From a virus (taxonomy: Duplodnaviria > Caudoviricetes), in IMG/VR virus record IMGVR_UViG_3300012952_000023, positions 3,595-67,594 of that record: DNA of 64,000 bases; one strand, 5' to 3'. Below, in pieces: positions 36,053-44,894 of this stretch. The stretch's first letter is position 1. Each line of letters starts with the position of its first letter. Under the pieces are notes generated by a model. The model saw only the letters and a program-made list of their open reading frames with translations. It made no database searches and was not told where the DNA came from. A program made the translations under genes and the position numbers.

Positions 36053-36848
36053 TCCAGGCGTTAGAGATATTGTTATCAGAGATTTATCAGTCCCTACTGT
36101 CAAAGTGTGGGCTGTAGATCCACCTCAGAGCCTTCCTTTATATCTTCCAGTAACAGCTGATATGGGTTGGCCTCTTATTGAGATGCCTGGCTGCGTAGAG
36201 GCTCGACAAGAATGGAATAAGAAAGCATTAGAAGACGATCCAGAAGGAAATCTTCTGCTGTGTACAGACGTGGGGATGCCTTCGTTCCAGACATTGGACT
36301 ACAGCCAAGAAGGGATGGTCTTTGTCCAAAAGAAAGGACCTGATTTACCTAACACGGGAGTAGGAGGCGATCAAAATAATGACCAAGAAAATAGTGAAAG
36401 TGGTGAGACCAATCAAGATTCTTCTGCTTTTCCTACCGATAATTTTACAGGAGATATTCCAAAGAATGTAGAGACGGAAGAAGAGCCATGTCCTCGTCCA
36501 GACGATCCCAGTATTGGAAGTAAGGGGAAATTTGGTAGAGCTCGTGTCAAGGGTTATGAACGTAATGAGGAAGGAGAATGTATCACCTTATGGACAGAGG
36601 TAGCTGTGTTAGAAACTGTGAATACCTATCTACCACCACCACCCCTCATACTCAGCACAGGTGCTATTGCAGCCACGGCGGTGACGTCTAGTGTTCTGAT
36701 TAAACCTTTATCAGATTATCTATTGAAAATTATCAAGCCTTTGGTTAAGAAAGTTCTCAAAAAGGTTTTACCAAAACTTATGGGGAAGAAGCCCAAGGTG
36801 CTTTCCGTACGTGAACGCCGATTGTCTCAACGGGATCTGCGGAAGTAA
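36021..36848 (+). CDS. Conserved cyanophage-type protein with a C-terminal membrane anchor
   Basis: PLIEMPGCVEAR, CPRPDDP and ECITLW; hydrophobic C-terminal segment with a basic tail. Confidence 0.6.
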   Translation: MGTIKIPNVYSPGVRDIVIRDLSVPTVKVWAVDPPQSLPLYLPVTADMGWPLIEMPGCVEARQEWNKKALEDDPEGNLLLCTDVGMPSFQTLDYSQEGMVFVQKKGPDLPNTGVGGDQNNDQENSESGETNQDSSAFPTDNFTGDIPKNVETEEEPCPRPDDPSIGSKGKFGRARVKGYERNEEGECITLWTEVAVLETVNTYLPPPPLILSTGAIAATAVTSSVLIKPLSDYLLKIIKPLVKKVLKKVLPKLMGKKPKVLSVRERRLSQRDLRK

Positions 36849-37527
36849 GTTCTTTAGTGATCACTTTAGGTATGGAATGAGAATGATCTGGTAACACCCC
36901 CGGAGGATTTATAACATTTACGTCGGCACATATAGCAGCGTATTTGCTGTTAGAAGCCCATACGATCCCCTCTTTAGCTAGGTTGCCGCAGTGTTTCAGC
37001 CTCGAGATTTCATAATCTAAAACTTTCATATTCAATGAAGCCTGTTGCAGAGCTATTTGATTCGTCGCCGCAGTTCTACACAGGTCAACCATCTTTTTAT
37101 CTAGAGATTTAGACCAACTAGCAGTGAATCCTGCTGTCAGGTTCAAATTATCTTTTTGTAAAGTTTGAATTGTTTTTTCGAATAATATACTTCCTGGATT
37201 ATCAGGTACTGTGTCTCCATTTATATCGCGCATGTCGTAGACCGGTTCCTGATAGGTTTCCTCGAAGGGTAGCCTTTGACCAAACGTAGCTCCCGCATAA
37301 GGAGTGACAGTTAATGTAGAACTCTGGCAATTAACACCTCCTGTAAAAGTTGAATTCATATAAGTGCCGTTTAATACTTGGTATGCATTCACAGTTGCTT
37401 GACCGGAAGAATTAGCGACCGGATTGGATGTGGCCGATATACCTCCAATATCGCTTGCTCTAGCGGGTAAAGTAGTGTATAGTAAAGATAACGCTAAAAG
37501 CCTTGGTATAACAGGGATCTTGATCAC
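36778..37527 (-). CDS. Secreted/envelope protein with signal peptide
   Basis: Signal peptide ending ARA; SATSNPVANSSGQATVNAYQVL, Cys pairs and DYEISRLKHCG. Confidence 0.65.
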   Translation of the reverse strand: MIKIPVIPRLLALSLLYTTLPARASDIGGISATSNPVANSSGQATVNAYQVLNGTYMNSTFTGGVNCQSSTLTVTPYAGATFGQRLPFEETYQEPVYDMRDINGDTVPDNPGSILFEKTIQTLQKDNLNLTAGFTASWSKSLDKKMVDLCRTAATNQIALQQASLNMKVLDYEISRLKHCGNLAKEGIVWASNSKYAAICADVNVINPPGVLPDHSHSIPKVITKELTSADPVETIGVHVRKAPWASSP

Positions 37528-37970
37528 TGGCTAAATACTGAGGTAGATTCTATAATTGTATCGGCTTCCACGGTTCTCGTCACGGTTGTCCTATTCCTGA
37601 TTCCGGCTCCAGAATATGTTTCAGCAAACATAAAGTTAGCCCCTGGCTCGACGATTGACCATGTTGGCTTGTTATTCAGATCTAATCCTTTCCATGTTGT
37701 AGTAATACCATTGACGGTAATACTCCCTGCGTCTACAGCAGGTGCAGTAATATTGTTACTACTAGGTTTTACGTTCTGACCGGACACAGTATATTCCCAG
37801 CCTGTAGAAAAATCTTCAGACACTATCGTCTCCGATGTCACTACACGACTCTCCGTTCGAGACGTTAGCTGGCCCTGAGAAAAATTTGGCACAACCGGGA
37901 CGGCTAGGGCATTTGCAGGTATGAATATTGCGGTGACCGCATATAGGACATGACGTATATTTTTTCTCAT
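37524..37970 (-). CDS. Secreted/envelope protein with signal peptide
   Basis: Signal peptide ending ALA, then VPVVPNFSQG; beta-rich. Confidence 0.65.
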   Translation of the reverse strand: MRKNIRHVLYAVTAIFIPANALAVPVVPNFSQGQLTSRTESRVVTSETIVSEDFSTGWEYTVSGQNVKPSSNNITAPAVDAGSITVNGITTTWKGLDLNNKPTWSIVEPGANFMFAETYSGAGIRNRTTVTRTVEADTIIESTSVFSQ

Positions 37971-37988
37971 ATACCATTATGCCTCCAT

Positions 37989-38519
37989 TTAGTTGCCAAT
38001 TATTAGCTCATTGGTAATTTGACCAATCGCAGTTGTACCAGCCGCTCCGGCGGTTAAAGTCGATATAGTACCACCAGCAGAACTACTGAGAGCACCTGCC
38101 AAGGTTCCCTTCGTACCTCCGGCAAACGTGGTGGTGCTTCCGTAAGCCGGAATGGACTGTACCTGACCGGTTGTCGTGCTCACTGTTGACCCCGCATTTA
38201 AGGTAGCTATAGGGTCACCTTGTAAATAATTTTCTGCGAAACTAAATTGATTTCCGGTTGTATGAATTTCATATGTACCAGCTGTAAGTGTTGGGCTGGC
38301 GGTTACAGACCCAGCTGTTAATCCGCCGAATACGTCACTATTGCCGGTGCCGACTTTAATATTTGTGCCACTTACTGAATACGCAGACCCTATTCTTGAC
38401 GCAGTTGAGCTAGCCCCATCAACGGTGAGCTGTACCGAGGCTTGATGTCTCATCGTGATATCGGCCATCGCTGGTCCCGCTGACAAAGTAAATATTGCCA
38501 GTAAGATCTTCCACTTCAT
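37989..38519 (-). CDS. Secreted/envelope protein with signal peptide
   Basis: Signal peptide ending AMA, then DITMRHQASVQLTVDG; S/T/G-rich. Confidence 0.65.
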   Translation of the reverse strand: MKWKILLAIFTLSAGPAMADITMRHQASVQLTVDGASSTASRIGSAYSVSGTNIKVGTGNSDVFGGLTAGSVTASPTLTAGTYEIHTTGNQFSFAENYLQGDPIATLNAGSTVSTTTGQVQSIPAYGSTTTFAGGTKGTLAGALSSSAGGTISTLTAGAAGTTAIGQITNELIIGN

Positions 38520-38551
38520 AATTCAAAAGCATTGGTCTTTGTAAATTCATA

Positions 38552-38884
38552 CTAGGTGTTTTTACGTCCATCATGTTTTGTGAAGGATTCACCGTCAGGC
38601 TTCGTATTACGATCATCGGTTCCCCAACCATTGCGCTGGTACTCCATTAAGAATACAAGGCAACACCCTGCATGTGCTAAATGTGAAAAGCCTGTTTCAG
38701 GATCTTTGTCTTCTCCTTTCCACCAAGCAAAGATATGTCGACATAATGCTGCGAAATATCTACCCCATTCTGCTCCTCTACACCAGTTGTTAGCTTCGTA
38801 TTTATCAGCACCATAAGTTAATACATCTGTGATTTCTTCAATAGCAGCCCAAGGGGTTAATTCAAAGCGAGTCTTTGGCTTCAT
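38552..38884 (-). CDS. dATP/dGTP diphosphohydrolase domain protein (former DUF5664)
   Basis: K.RFEL.PW...DVLTYGADKYEANNW.RG...YFAALCRHIFAWWKGEDKDPETGFSHLAHAGCC. Confidence 0.82.
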   Translation of the reverse strand: MKPKTRFELTPWAAIEEITDVLTYGADKYEANNWCRGAEWGRYFAALCRHIFAWWKGEDKDPETGFSHLAHAGCCLVFLMEYQRNGWGTDDRNTKPDGESFTKHDGRKNT

Positions 38885-39231
38885 ATGTATTTAGTATCCG
38901 TCCTAGGATAGGAAATGAATTGAATATTTCCAATACCTTGAGAGGAAATCCAGGAGCTCCGTATAGACATAACCCTAATAAGGTTCCTGCTTTAGTGCGG
39001 AGACATCTAGCAAAAGCACGTAAGAGTAATTCAGATGCTCAGAACTATGGTGGTAGTACAGGAGGATTGAAAAATATTAAAGCTCGAGGTGGTGGACTGG
39101 ACGTTCTCTTGAGAAGAGCTCAAGAAAAACGTGATGAACAATCTATTTTCGATACTTTCGGGTTAGAGGAGGACATGAGGAAGACTTCTTCCCCTGCAAG
39201 TCTAGGGGTAGAGAATTTTGATTTGTATTAA
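38875..39231 (+). CDS. Possible hypothetical protein
   Basis: 118-aa ORF fills the gap but has an uncertain TTG start and overlaps at both ends. Confidence 0.3.
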   Translation: MASYVFSIRPRIGNELNISNTLRGNPGAPYRHNPNKVPALVRRHLAKARKSNSDAQNYGGSTGGLKNIKARGGGLDVLLRRAQEKRDEQSIFDTFGLEEDMRKTSSPASLGVENFDLY

Positions 39232-39676
39232 TTTCAGACTTGTCTGGAGGTAGATAGACTTCTATGAAATTAACTGATACAGGTTTTAATTTAATCAAAG
39301 GTCTTGACGTTCTCTTAGGTAAATAATTAATCAGGTCTTCAGCTTCGAAATTTTCAATAGTAAACAAGCAACTCCTACCCGAGCTCCATTGCGGATCGGT
39401 CTCTGTCGGATCCCACCATTTCGAGACTTTGAATGGTGACTCATTCAATTGCTTATACCCAGGTAAAGAGACATGAAATACATGTAATCTTTTTGCTAAA
39501 GAGGTAATATTATTGAACGATTCCATATCTAGTTGTTGTCTTAATTCCATCTCGTAAGGTAGTGCATCAGACCAAAAGAGCCAAGAATCGTATACTATCG
39601 AGCGACAAGTCAACCACCACTCACCTTCAGGGGTCTGAAATTCTCCTTCTGGGGATAAAGCGTAAGGATTATGCAT
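39143..39676 (-). CDS. Hypothetical protein
   Basis: 177-aa ORF coupled to the upstream gene. Confidence 0.6.
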   Translation of the reverse strand: MHNPYALSPEGEFQTPEGEWWLTCRSIVYDSWLFWSDALPYEMELRQQLDMESFNNITSLAKRLHVFHVSLPGYKQLNESPFKVSKWWDPTETDPQWSSGRSCLFTIENFEAEDLINYLPKRTSRPLIKLKPVSVNFIEVYLPPDKSEINTNQNSLPLDLQGKKSSSCPPLTRKYRK

Positions 39677-40305
39677 TATTCTCGGTAGTTGTATGGCTTT
39701 TTCTCGATCGATTTATAGGAGAGTTCCCAATCGCCTTCTCCACTTAATTCATTGAAAACGATACGTCCTATGTGACTAAACGCTGTATGGAATCTTGCAA
39801 CCATCGTTTGGAATTGAGAAGGAGGCGATGATGGTGGCAGGTAAAAGATTGCTGACCAGTCAGAAGGAGATATTGATCTAAAGGTTTCTAACTCGTCATC
39901 CCACCAAGAAGGTCGTAATCTTTTGAATGGCATACAGCATGGAAAATCCCATAGCCAAGGACATTTAATTATTGTTTCGTTATGACCCACCCATAAGATG
40001 GCTTGTTGAACAGATCCTTTCCTGTATTCTCTCAGTGTCTTATTGAAGAGTTTACGACTTGGAGCTAATCCAGTCGGAGGACCAACAAATACTCTTCCTT
40101 CTCCTGGGATTATCCAGTCTTGTGAAATGATTTTATGTAAAGCATCTTCGCCGTCATTACGATCAAATATTTTCGCTGATTGCACTAAAGCATTAATTTC
40201 TTTAGTACTATAAGGATCTAAGTCGATAGAGCCTAGAACACTACGAGAAGCAAGAACAATATTAGTGGGGGGTGCTAAATCGCAGCGATCAGGTCTTCTA
40301 GACAT
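39676..40305 (-). CDS. Phage Dam-like N6-adenine methyltransferase homologue with an altered catalytic motif
   Basis: IDLDPYS SAM-binding motif; motif IV reads VFVGPPTG instead of NPPY. Confidence 0.6.
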   Translation of the reverse strand: MSRRPDRCDLAPPTNIVLASRSVLGSIDLDPYSTKEINALVQSAKIFDRNDGEDALHKIISQDWIIPGEGRVFVGPPTGLAPSRKLFNKTLREYRKGSVQQAILWVGHNETIIKCPWLWDFPCCMPFKRLRPSWWDDELETFRSISPSDWSAIFYLPPSSPPSQFQTMVARFHTAFSHIGRIVFNELSGEGDWELSYKSIEKKPYNYRE

Positions 40306-40539
40306 TTATGGCAATATGATGGTTTCTCTTTTTCTCCAACCTTTTTTATCTACCCATGAATTAAATTCTGCTTTTGCTTCTGGAGTGAGATAGCCAAAGA
40401 AGCGATTGAGAGCATGCTTTAAGGCATAGTTTTTGTCTTCAAACTTATCTAGTTCTAGACCACCATGTAATGCACAACATGCATCAAGTAAGTCGAACAT
40501 TGGCATTGAGACTTGTTTGTTCTGTTCTTCTCTATTCAT
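40306..40539 (-). CDS. Hypothetical protein
   Basis: 77-aa coupled ORF. Confidence 0.55.
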   Translation of the reverse strand: MNREEQNKQVSMPMFDLLDACCALHGGLELDKFEDKNYALKHALNRFFGYLTPEAKAEFNSWVDKKGWRKRETIILP

Positions 40540-41000
40540 GATTTAGACATCTTCTCCAAGATTGCTTGTGCGTGTTTAGCAGGGTATTCTCTTTCTATTA
40601 TTTTGACGCTCATTCCTGTCTTATCTACTAAGACAACTAATGCGGCTTTAGCAGGATCAAATTTATCAATAGTCTTAATCAGCTCAGTAAGGAATGACGA
40701 ATTAAATTCATCGCCAGCAGCTTCGGTTTCGGCAACTCCTTTCTTTAAGTCATCTAAAGCAAGATAGTATTTACCTTCTTTATCTCTATGAGGTTTTAAT
40801 TTAGTTAACGGATAAAACAAAGCACCTGGGCCATGCTTATCAAATCCTTGGTCATACATCTTGATAGCATCAACAAGGATTAATTCGATGGCCATCACGT
40901 TGATTTTTAACGACGCTTCTTTATCTCCTTTGCTACCTCCAGGAGTCGTTAACTCCGGAAACATCTTCTTACTTAATTCTTGCCTTGAGGGTCTTGGCAT
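40536..41000 (-). CDS. Hypothetical protein
   Basis: 154-aa coupled ORF. Confidence 0.6.
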   Translation of the reverse strand: MPRPSRQELSKKMFPELTTPGGSKGDKEASLKINVMAIELILVDAIKMYDQGFDKHGPGALFYPLTKLKPHRDKEGKYYLALDDLKKGVAETEAAGDEFNSSFLTELIKTIDKFDPAKAALVVLVDKTGMSVKIIEREYPAKHAQAILEKMSKS

Positions 41001-41160
41001 TGTGGAATTCCACTAGCAATTGATCGACAGATTTTTCTGCCAGTTTTGCTAATGTTACTATCTCTTTACTATCTTCGCATTTATTTAAAAAATCTATCGT
41101 CTCATTTAAAGAGTTATGAGCCCTTAAAAGTTGAGCTAAGACGTCTGAGGTTTTGTTCAT
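40969..41160 (-). CDS. Small helical protein
   Basis: 63-aa ORF. Confidence 0.45.
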   Translation of the reverse strand: MNKTSDVLAQLLRAHNSLNETIDFLNKCEDSKEIVTLAKLAEKSVDQLLVEFHNAKTLKARIK

Positions 41161-41281
41161 AAGTATTTCCGTTTGTACAAATATAATCCTTAGGAGGCTC
41201 TTCTAGCCAAACTCTTCTGCCTTCTACAATGCGGTATTGACGGTCGCCGCAGTGTACGGTATATGGTTGATGGATTTGCAC
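41114..41281 (-). CDS. Possible 55-aa protein (not in ORF track)
   Basis: GTG-start frame VQIHQPYTVHCGDRQYRIVEGRRVWLEEPPKDY... fills an otherwise empty gap. Confidence 0.3.
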   Translation of the reverse strand: MQIHQPYTVHCGDRQYRIVEGRRVWLEEPPKDYICTNGNTYEQNLRRLSSTFKGS

Positions 41282-41341
41282 TTAAGTATTTCAAACAAGT
41301 TGAAGATACCGTTAGAAATACCTAAATGCAAGTATCCAATG

Positions 41342-41560
41342 TCACATTGTGTGTTTTGATTTGTATTCTGGACTCAACTTGATATTACCGATAACTCTTT
41401 TTCTCGCTATATCTAAGGTTTCGCCGTTCTCAACCATCTCATCGATATCTTTAATCCAGTAAGCTTTGCCTTCCTCTTCAGGATCTCTGCCTAAGTAAGT
41501 TTGATAAACGGAATCAACCCATTGAGAATTGTCAAGATCGACAGTGTGCGTCTCAGTCAT
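41342..41560 (-). CDS. Stand-alone DUF4214-like domain protein
   Basis: WVDSVYQTYLGRDPEEEGKAYW...IKLSPEY. Confidence 0.75.
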   Translation of the reverse strand: MTETHTVDLDNSQWVDSVYQTYLGRDPEEEGKAYWIKDIDEMVENGETLDIARKRVIGNIKLSPEYKSKHTM

Positions 41561-41594
41561 AGTAATTCTGAAGTTGAGTTAAGTGTAATTCTTT

Positions 41595-42434
41595 TTAAGC
41601 AGTTGTGAAGTCAACGTCGATTTTTTCGTAATCCACTCCAAGGTATCCATTATCCATTGTCACGACAGCTTCTGGAGCAGTCTGCAGTAATTCTTGAGCC
41701 ATCACTCCTTGGTATCTTCTGGATTTAGGCTCTCCTTTATAGTTCCATTCGTAAATAGAATGCCCATTAGGAGATTGATTGATATAAGTAATATTTTCTT
41801 TTAACTGAATATCACTTCTCATTGCTCCCCTGCTTTGTGACTTGCCATCATTTCCTCCTGGAGCAGTTCTCTTTCTTCTAAAGCCTCCTTTAAGTCCTGT
41901 CCTGCCTCCAGCCGCAGCCGTATATGATCTGCCGTGAGCTGCTTTCGCACGGGCGGCGGCTTGTCCTCTTTTAGCATGGTCTGTACCTCCGCCTGTTCCG
42001 ACTGAATAAAAATCTTCTGCATTGTCCTCAGGCCAGTAACACCCGAAGGCATCACATTTACCAAAAGCAGCCTTGTAATTTTCTGGAGTAGCGGCTGGAT
42101 TGTATTTCATCCTCGTCATCAGTTTGGTATAACTGTCATCATCAATCATTCCTGTCTCTGCGTCATAAGTGCCATCAATCCTGTTTCTTTTCAAGATTGA
42201 TTCTTTCATGACCTGATCATATGTGTAAGCACTGTAATCAGTATCATCAGCTTGAGTTACATCTGTAGTCCCGTCAGCAGATGTAGCAGCTAAAGAATTT
42301 TTTTTATTAAAGTCTCTAGCGTCATCCAGATATGTATCAAGAGCACTTTTAAGATATCCAGCGTCTGCTCTGTCTCTTTTGTATCTCAGAGAATCGCTGA
42401 AAGAGGTATCGAAAGGGTGTTGATATTGTGTCAT
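41595..42434 (-). CDS. Virion protein with a C-terminal intramolecular chaperone (peptidase S74-like) domain
   Basis: RSDIQLKENI...IYEWNY...GVMAQEL...PEAV...GYLGVDYEKI. Confidence 0.8.
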   Translation of the reverse strand: MTQYQHPFDTSFSDSLRYKRDRADAGYLKSALDTYLDDARDFNKKNSLAATSADGTTDVTQADDTDYSAYTYDQVMKESILKRNRIDGTYDAETGMIDDDSYTKLMTRMKYNPAATPENYKAAFGKCDAFGCYWPEDNAEDFYSVGTGGGTDHAKRGQAAARAKAAHGRSYTAAAGGRTGLKGGFRRKRTAPGGNDGKSQSRGAMRSDIQLKENITYINQSPNGHSIYEWNYKGEPKSRRYQGVMAQELLQTAPEAVVTMDNGYLGVDYEKIDVDFTTA

Positions 42435-43867
42435 GATGTGGATTTGATTTTATTGGTGTATTTATCGATGAGATCATCTATCGAAGAAGTTGTACCGATA
42501 TTGTCGGGAAGTCGATCAATAGCCCAACTACCGAGCTCTCCAAACTCCATTAATGATTGTCTATTCGTTGTACCTTGCGAAGCTATAGTCGCTTCTTGCT
42601 GCTTTCTATCGAATGCATTTCTAGTTCTGACTTTGTCAGAAGCAGATAAAGCATTAAAAGCAGTCTCACCCATCCCGTAGTAAGGGTCGAAGGTAGATGT
42701 GTTCGTGTTATCCGAAGATGTACTGCTTGTTGCACTAGTGTTGCTAGCCGCAGCATCTTGGCTTGTAGAAATTGTATTGGTGTTAGAAGTAGTGGAACTT
42801 GCATTTTGAAAAGCATCCCACGGGTCGTAGCCATCCCATTTATCTTTAAATTCGTCTTGACCCATATTCATGATATTGCTCTTGATAATTGACCACGCTT
42901 CATCTCTTGTTTTCCCGTCAGCCAGAAGGTTTTTCATGTCTCCATCTAGCCAGTATTCTTTCCCTTCTTTGGCTAAAGGTCTATCGAAAATATTTTTATA
43001 TAACCGATTTAATCGACCTTCGTCTGAATCATTCATCTCCATCAACATATCTTTATATGTTGTCCCCGTTTTACCGTCGGCTCCTACAGAAAATTTCTCA
43101 TTCCAATGAGATAAAGAAGCTGCATCAGGATTCCTATCGTAAATATTTTGATAAGCTTTTGTTATGAATTCGTTATTAGTGAGTTTAGTACCATCGTCTT
43201 TGAAGCCGTATTCAAATAAATTAGTTGTATCTGCGAGTTTGTCCCATCCACCTTTGTTTTGTGCTGTTGTTTGTATTAAAGCGTCAGAAGGTACAAAGCC
43301 AGTATATTTTTGACTCCTTGGAGTTTGGGTGAGAGGGTCTAGTTCAACTTCTTTTTTAAAAGAAGAATCATCAGCGACTGTAGTAGTAGTGGTAGTAGTA
43401 TCATCATCATCATCATCGGATGTTGCGTCTCCTAGATATTTAAATTTAAAAACGTCCCATCCATCGTCATCACCGTCGTCTATTCCTCGAACAAAACTTA
43501 CAGAACCATCATGTCTGAAACTTTCGTGAGGCTGATCATGGTAACCCCAAGACCATTTACCTAGCAAATCTTTGCCGTCATATTTAAGATCCCATCTGTC
43601 TAAGGCATCATCAGATAATTTAGTTCCAGTCTTTTGGGCAAAACGAGCAACTGTTTCTCTTATACCACCTGATGGCATATTGTATTTGCCAACCATATTT
43701 TTACCATGTGCAGCCCATATTTCGTCTGCCGATAAAAGCCCATCATCCCCTGCTGCACCAGTTAAATCATCGTATAGTTGGTTACGTCTCGCAAAACTAT
43801 TGTATCTAGTAACATCAGTATTATCGTCATTACTCCATGTCCCTCCGATACCCCATTCGTTAGCCAT
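42431..43867 (-). CDS. Protein with two DUF4214-like repeats and Asp/Thr tracts
   Basis: FITKAYQNIYDRNPDAASLSHW and LNRLYKNIFDRPLAKEGKEYW. Confidence 0.65.
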   Translation of the reverse strand: MANEWGIGGTWSNDDNTDVTRYNSFARRNQLYDDLTGAAGDDGLLSADEIWAAHGKNMVGKYNMPSGGIRETVARFAQKTGTKLSDDALDRWDLKYDGKDLLGKWSWGYHDQPHESFRHDGSVSFVRGIDDGDDDGWDVFKFKYLGDATSDDDDDDTTTTTTTVADDSSFKKEVELDPLTQTPRSQKYTGFVPSDALIQTTAQNKGGWDKLADTTNLFEYGFKDDGTKLTNNEFITKAYQNIYDRNPDAASLSHWNEKFSVGADGKTGTTYKDMLMEMNDSDEGRLNRLYKNIFDRPLAKEGKEYWLDGDMKNLLADGKTRDEAWSIIKSNIMNMGQDEFKDKWDGYDPWDAFQNASSTTSNTNTISTSQDAAASNTSATSSTSSDNTNTSTFDPYYGMGETAFNALSASDKVRTRNAFDRKQQEATIASQGTTNRQSLMEFGELGSWAIDRLPDNIGTTSSIDDLIDKYTNKIKSTS

Positions 43868-43915
43868 TTAAAATACTTACGTTCAATATGTTTATCTTAG
43901 TTCAATTAAAGCAAG

Positions 43916-44617
43916 CTAATCCCTGTTACTAGGGCTTTCGGCGTCGTTAGATAGATGTGAGGCTAATAAAGCCTTAGGATCTATAGGACCATCGGCATTG
44001 AGACGGAAATCAATCCACAGTTTGTTATCTTTCTCGATTTTTTGAAATCGTCTTGGATCTTTATCTCTAGTTGTTTCTAAAAATTGTTTTGTTTCTTCCA
44101 TTAATTTACGAGAGTTGTATTCCAGGTCTATGACTTGGAGGTGTCGATTATGAAAGAAGTGATTAACACCTTTAATTCTGATATGGAGAGGATTGCAACA
44201 AGTGTTGTCACCGCAGATATGTTTAATAGGTAAGCGTCCTATATCACCCCAAGAGAACCAAGTAGCAACTCGAGGTGCTGAATATTGTCTTCCTCCCCAA
44301 TGGCGAGGCATTGAAAAATAAGTTGAATTAGATCGACTATGCATCGGTCCTCTCCAAGGCCAGCATTCTTCTGCTGTTCCTATCTCTACAAATGACCAGA
44401 ATTCTAAGAAACGTCTTCTATGCTTTTTGTCAATTTTATGAATATCTAGAGATAGTCTTCCTTCTGTCAAAGAAGAGACACAACGAACGCAGGCATGGCT
44501 ATCGCTATAACGAGGAATCTTGCCATCCTTAGATCCCAAAGAATGGTCTTTACAAGGACAGATAGGCCCTCCTTCTATCTTTGAATGGAGGTTAGGTGGA
44601 ATTGGCCATTGAGCCAT
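43916..44617 (-). CDS. HNH-like (zinc-binding loop) nuclease homologue
   Basis: EECWPWRG...APRVATWFSWG...IKHICGDNTCCNPLHI. Confidence 0.7.
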   Translation of the reverse strand: MAQWPIPPNLHSKIEGGPICPCKDHSLGSKDGKIPRYSDSHACVRCVSSLTEGRLSLDIHKIDKKHRRRFLEFWSFVEIGTAEECWPWRGPMHSRSNSTYFSMPRHWGGRQYSAPRVATWFSWGDIGRLPIKHICGDNTCCNPLHIRIKGVNHFFHNRHLQVIDLEYNSRKLMEETKQFLETTRDKDPRRFQKIEKDNKLWIDFRLNADGPIDPKALLASHLSNDAESPSNRD

Positions 44618-44621
44618 AGAG

Positions 44622-44861
44622 CTATATGTTTAATGGGAAGCCTTTTGGTGGTTTAAATTTACCACCCATCTTGACTAATTGCTCTTTCTTAGGCTTCAAT
44701 TCTACGTTTTTAGTATCCCACAGCTCTTGTCTCGTAGAGCCTTCAATAATGACAGGAAGTTTTTCTAAATGGAGGCCAACAGCCTGGGTTTGTCCGACGA
44801 CAAATCCATCTTGGTTGACTGTTATATTTCGTACTCGATGACCAACTTGAAAAGTAGACAT
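44622..44861 (-). CDS. Hypothetical protein
   Basis: 79-aa ORF, SH3-like pattern FQVGHRV. Confidence 0.55.
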   Translation of the reverse strand: MSTFQVGHRVRNITVNQDGFVVGQTQAVGLHLEKLPVIIEGSTRQELWDTKNVELKPKKEQLVKMGGKFKPPKGFPLNI

Positions 44862-44894
44862 TTAATTAAGCCTTCAAACTAGGTTAATTACTGT

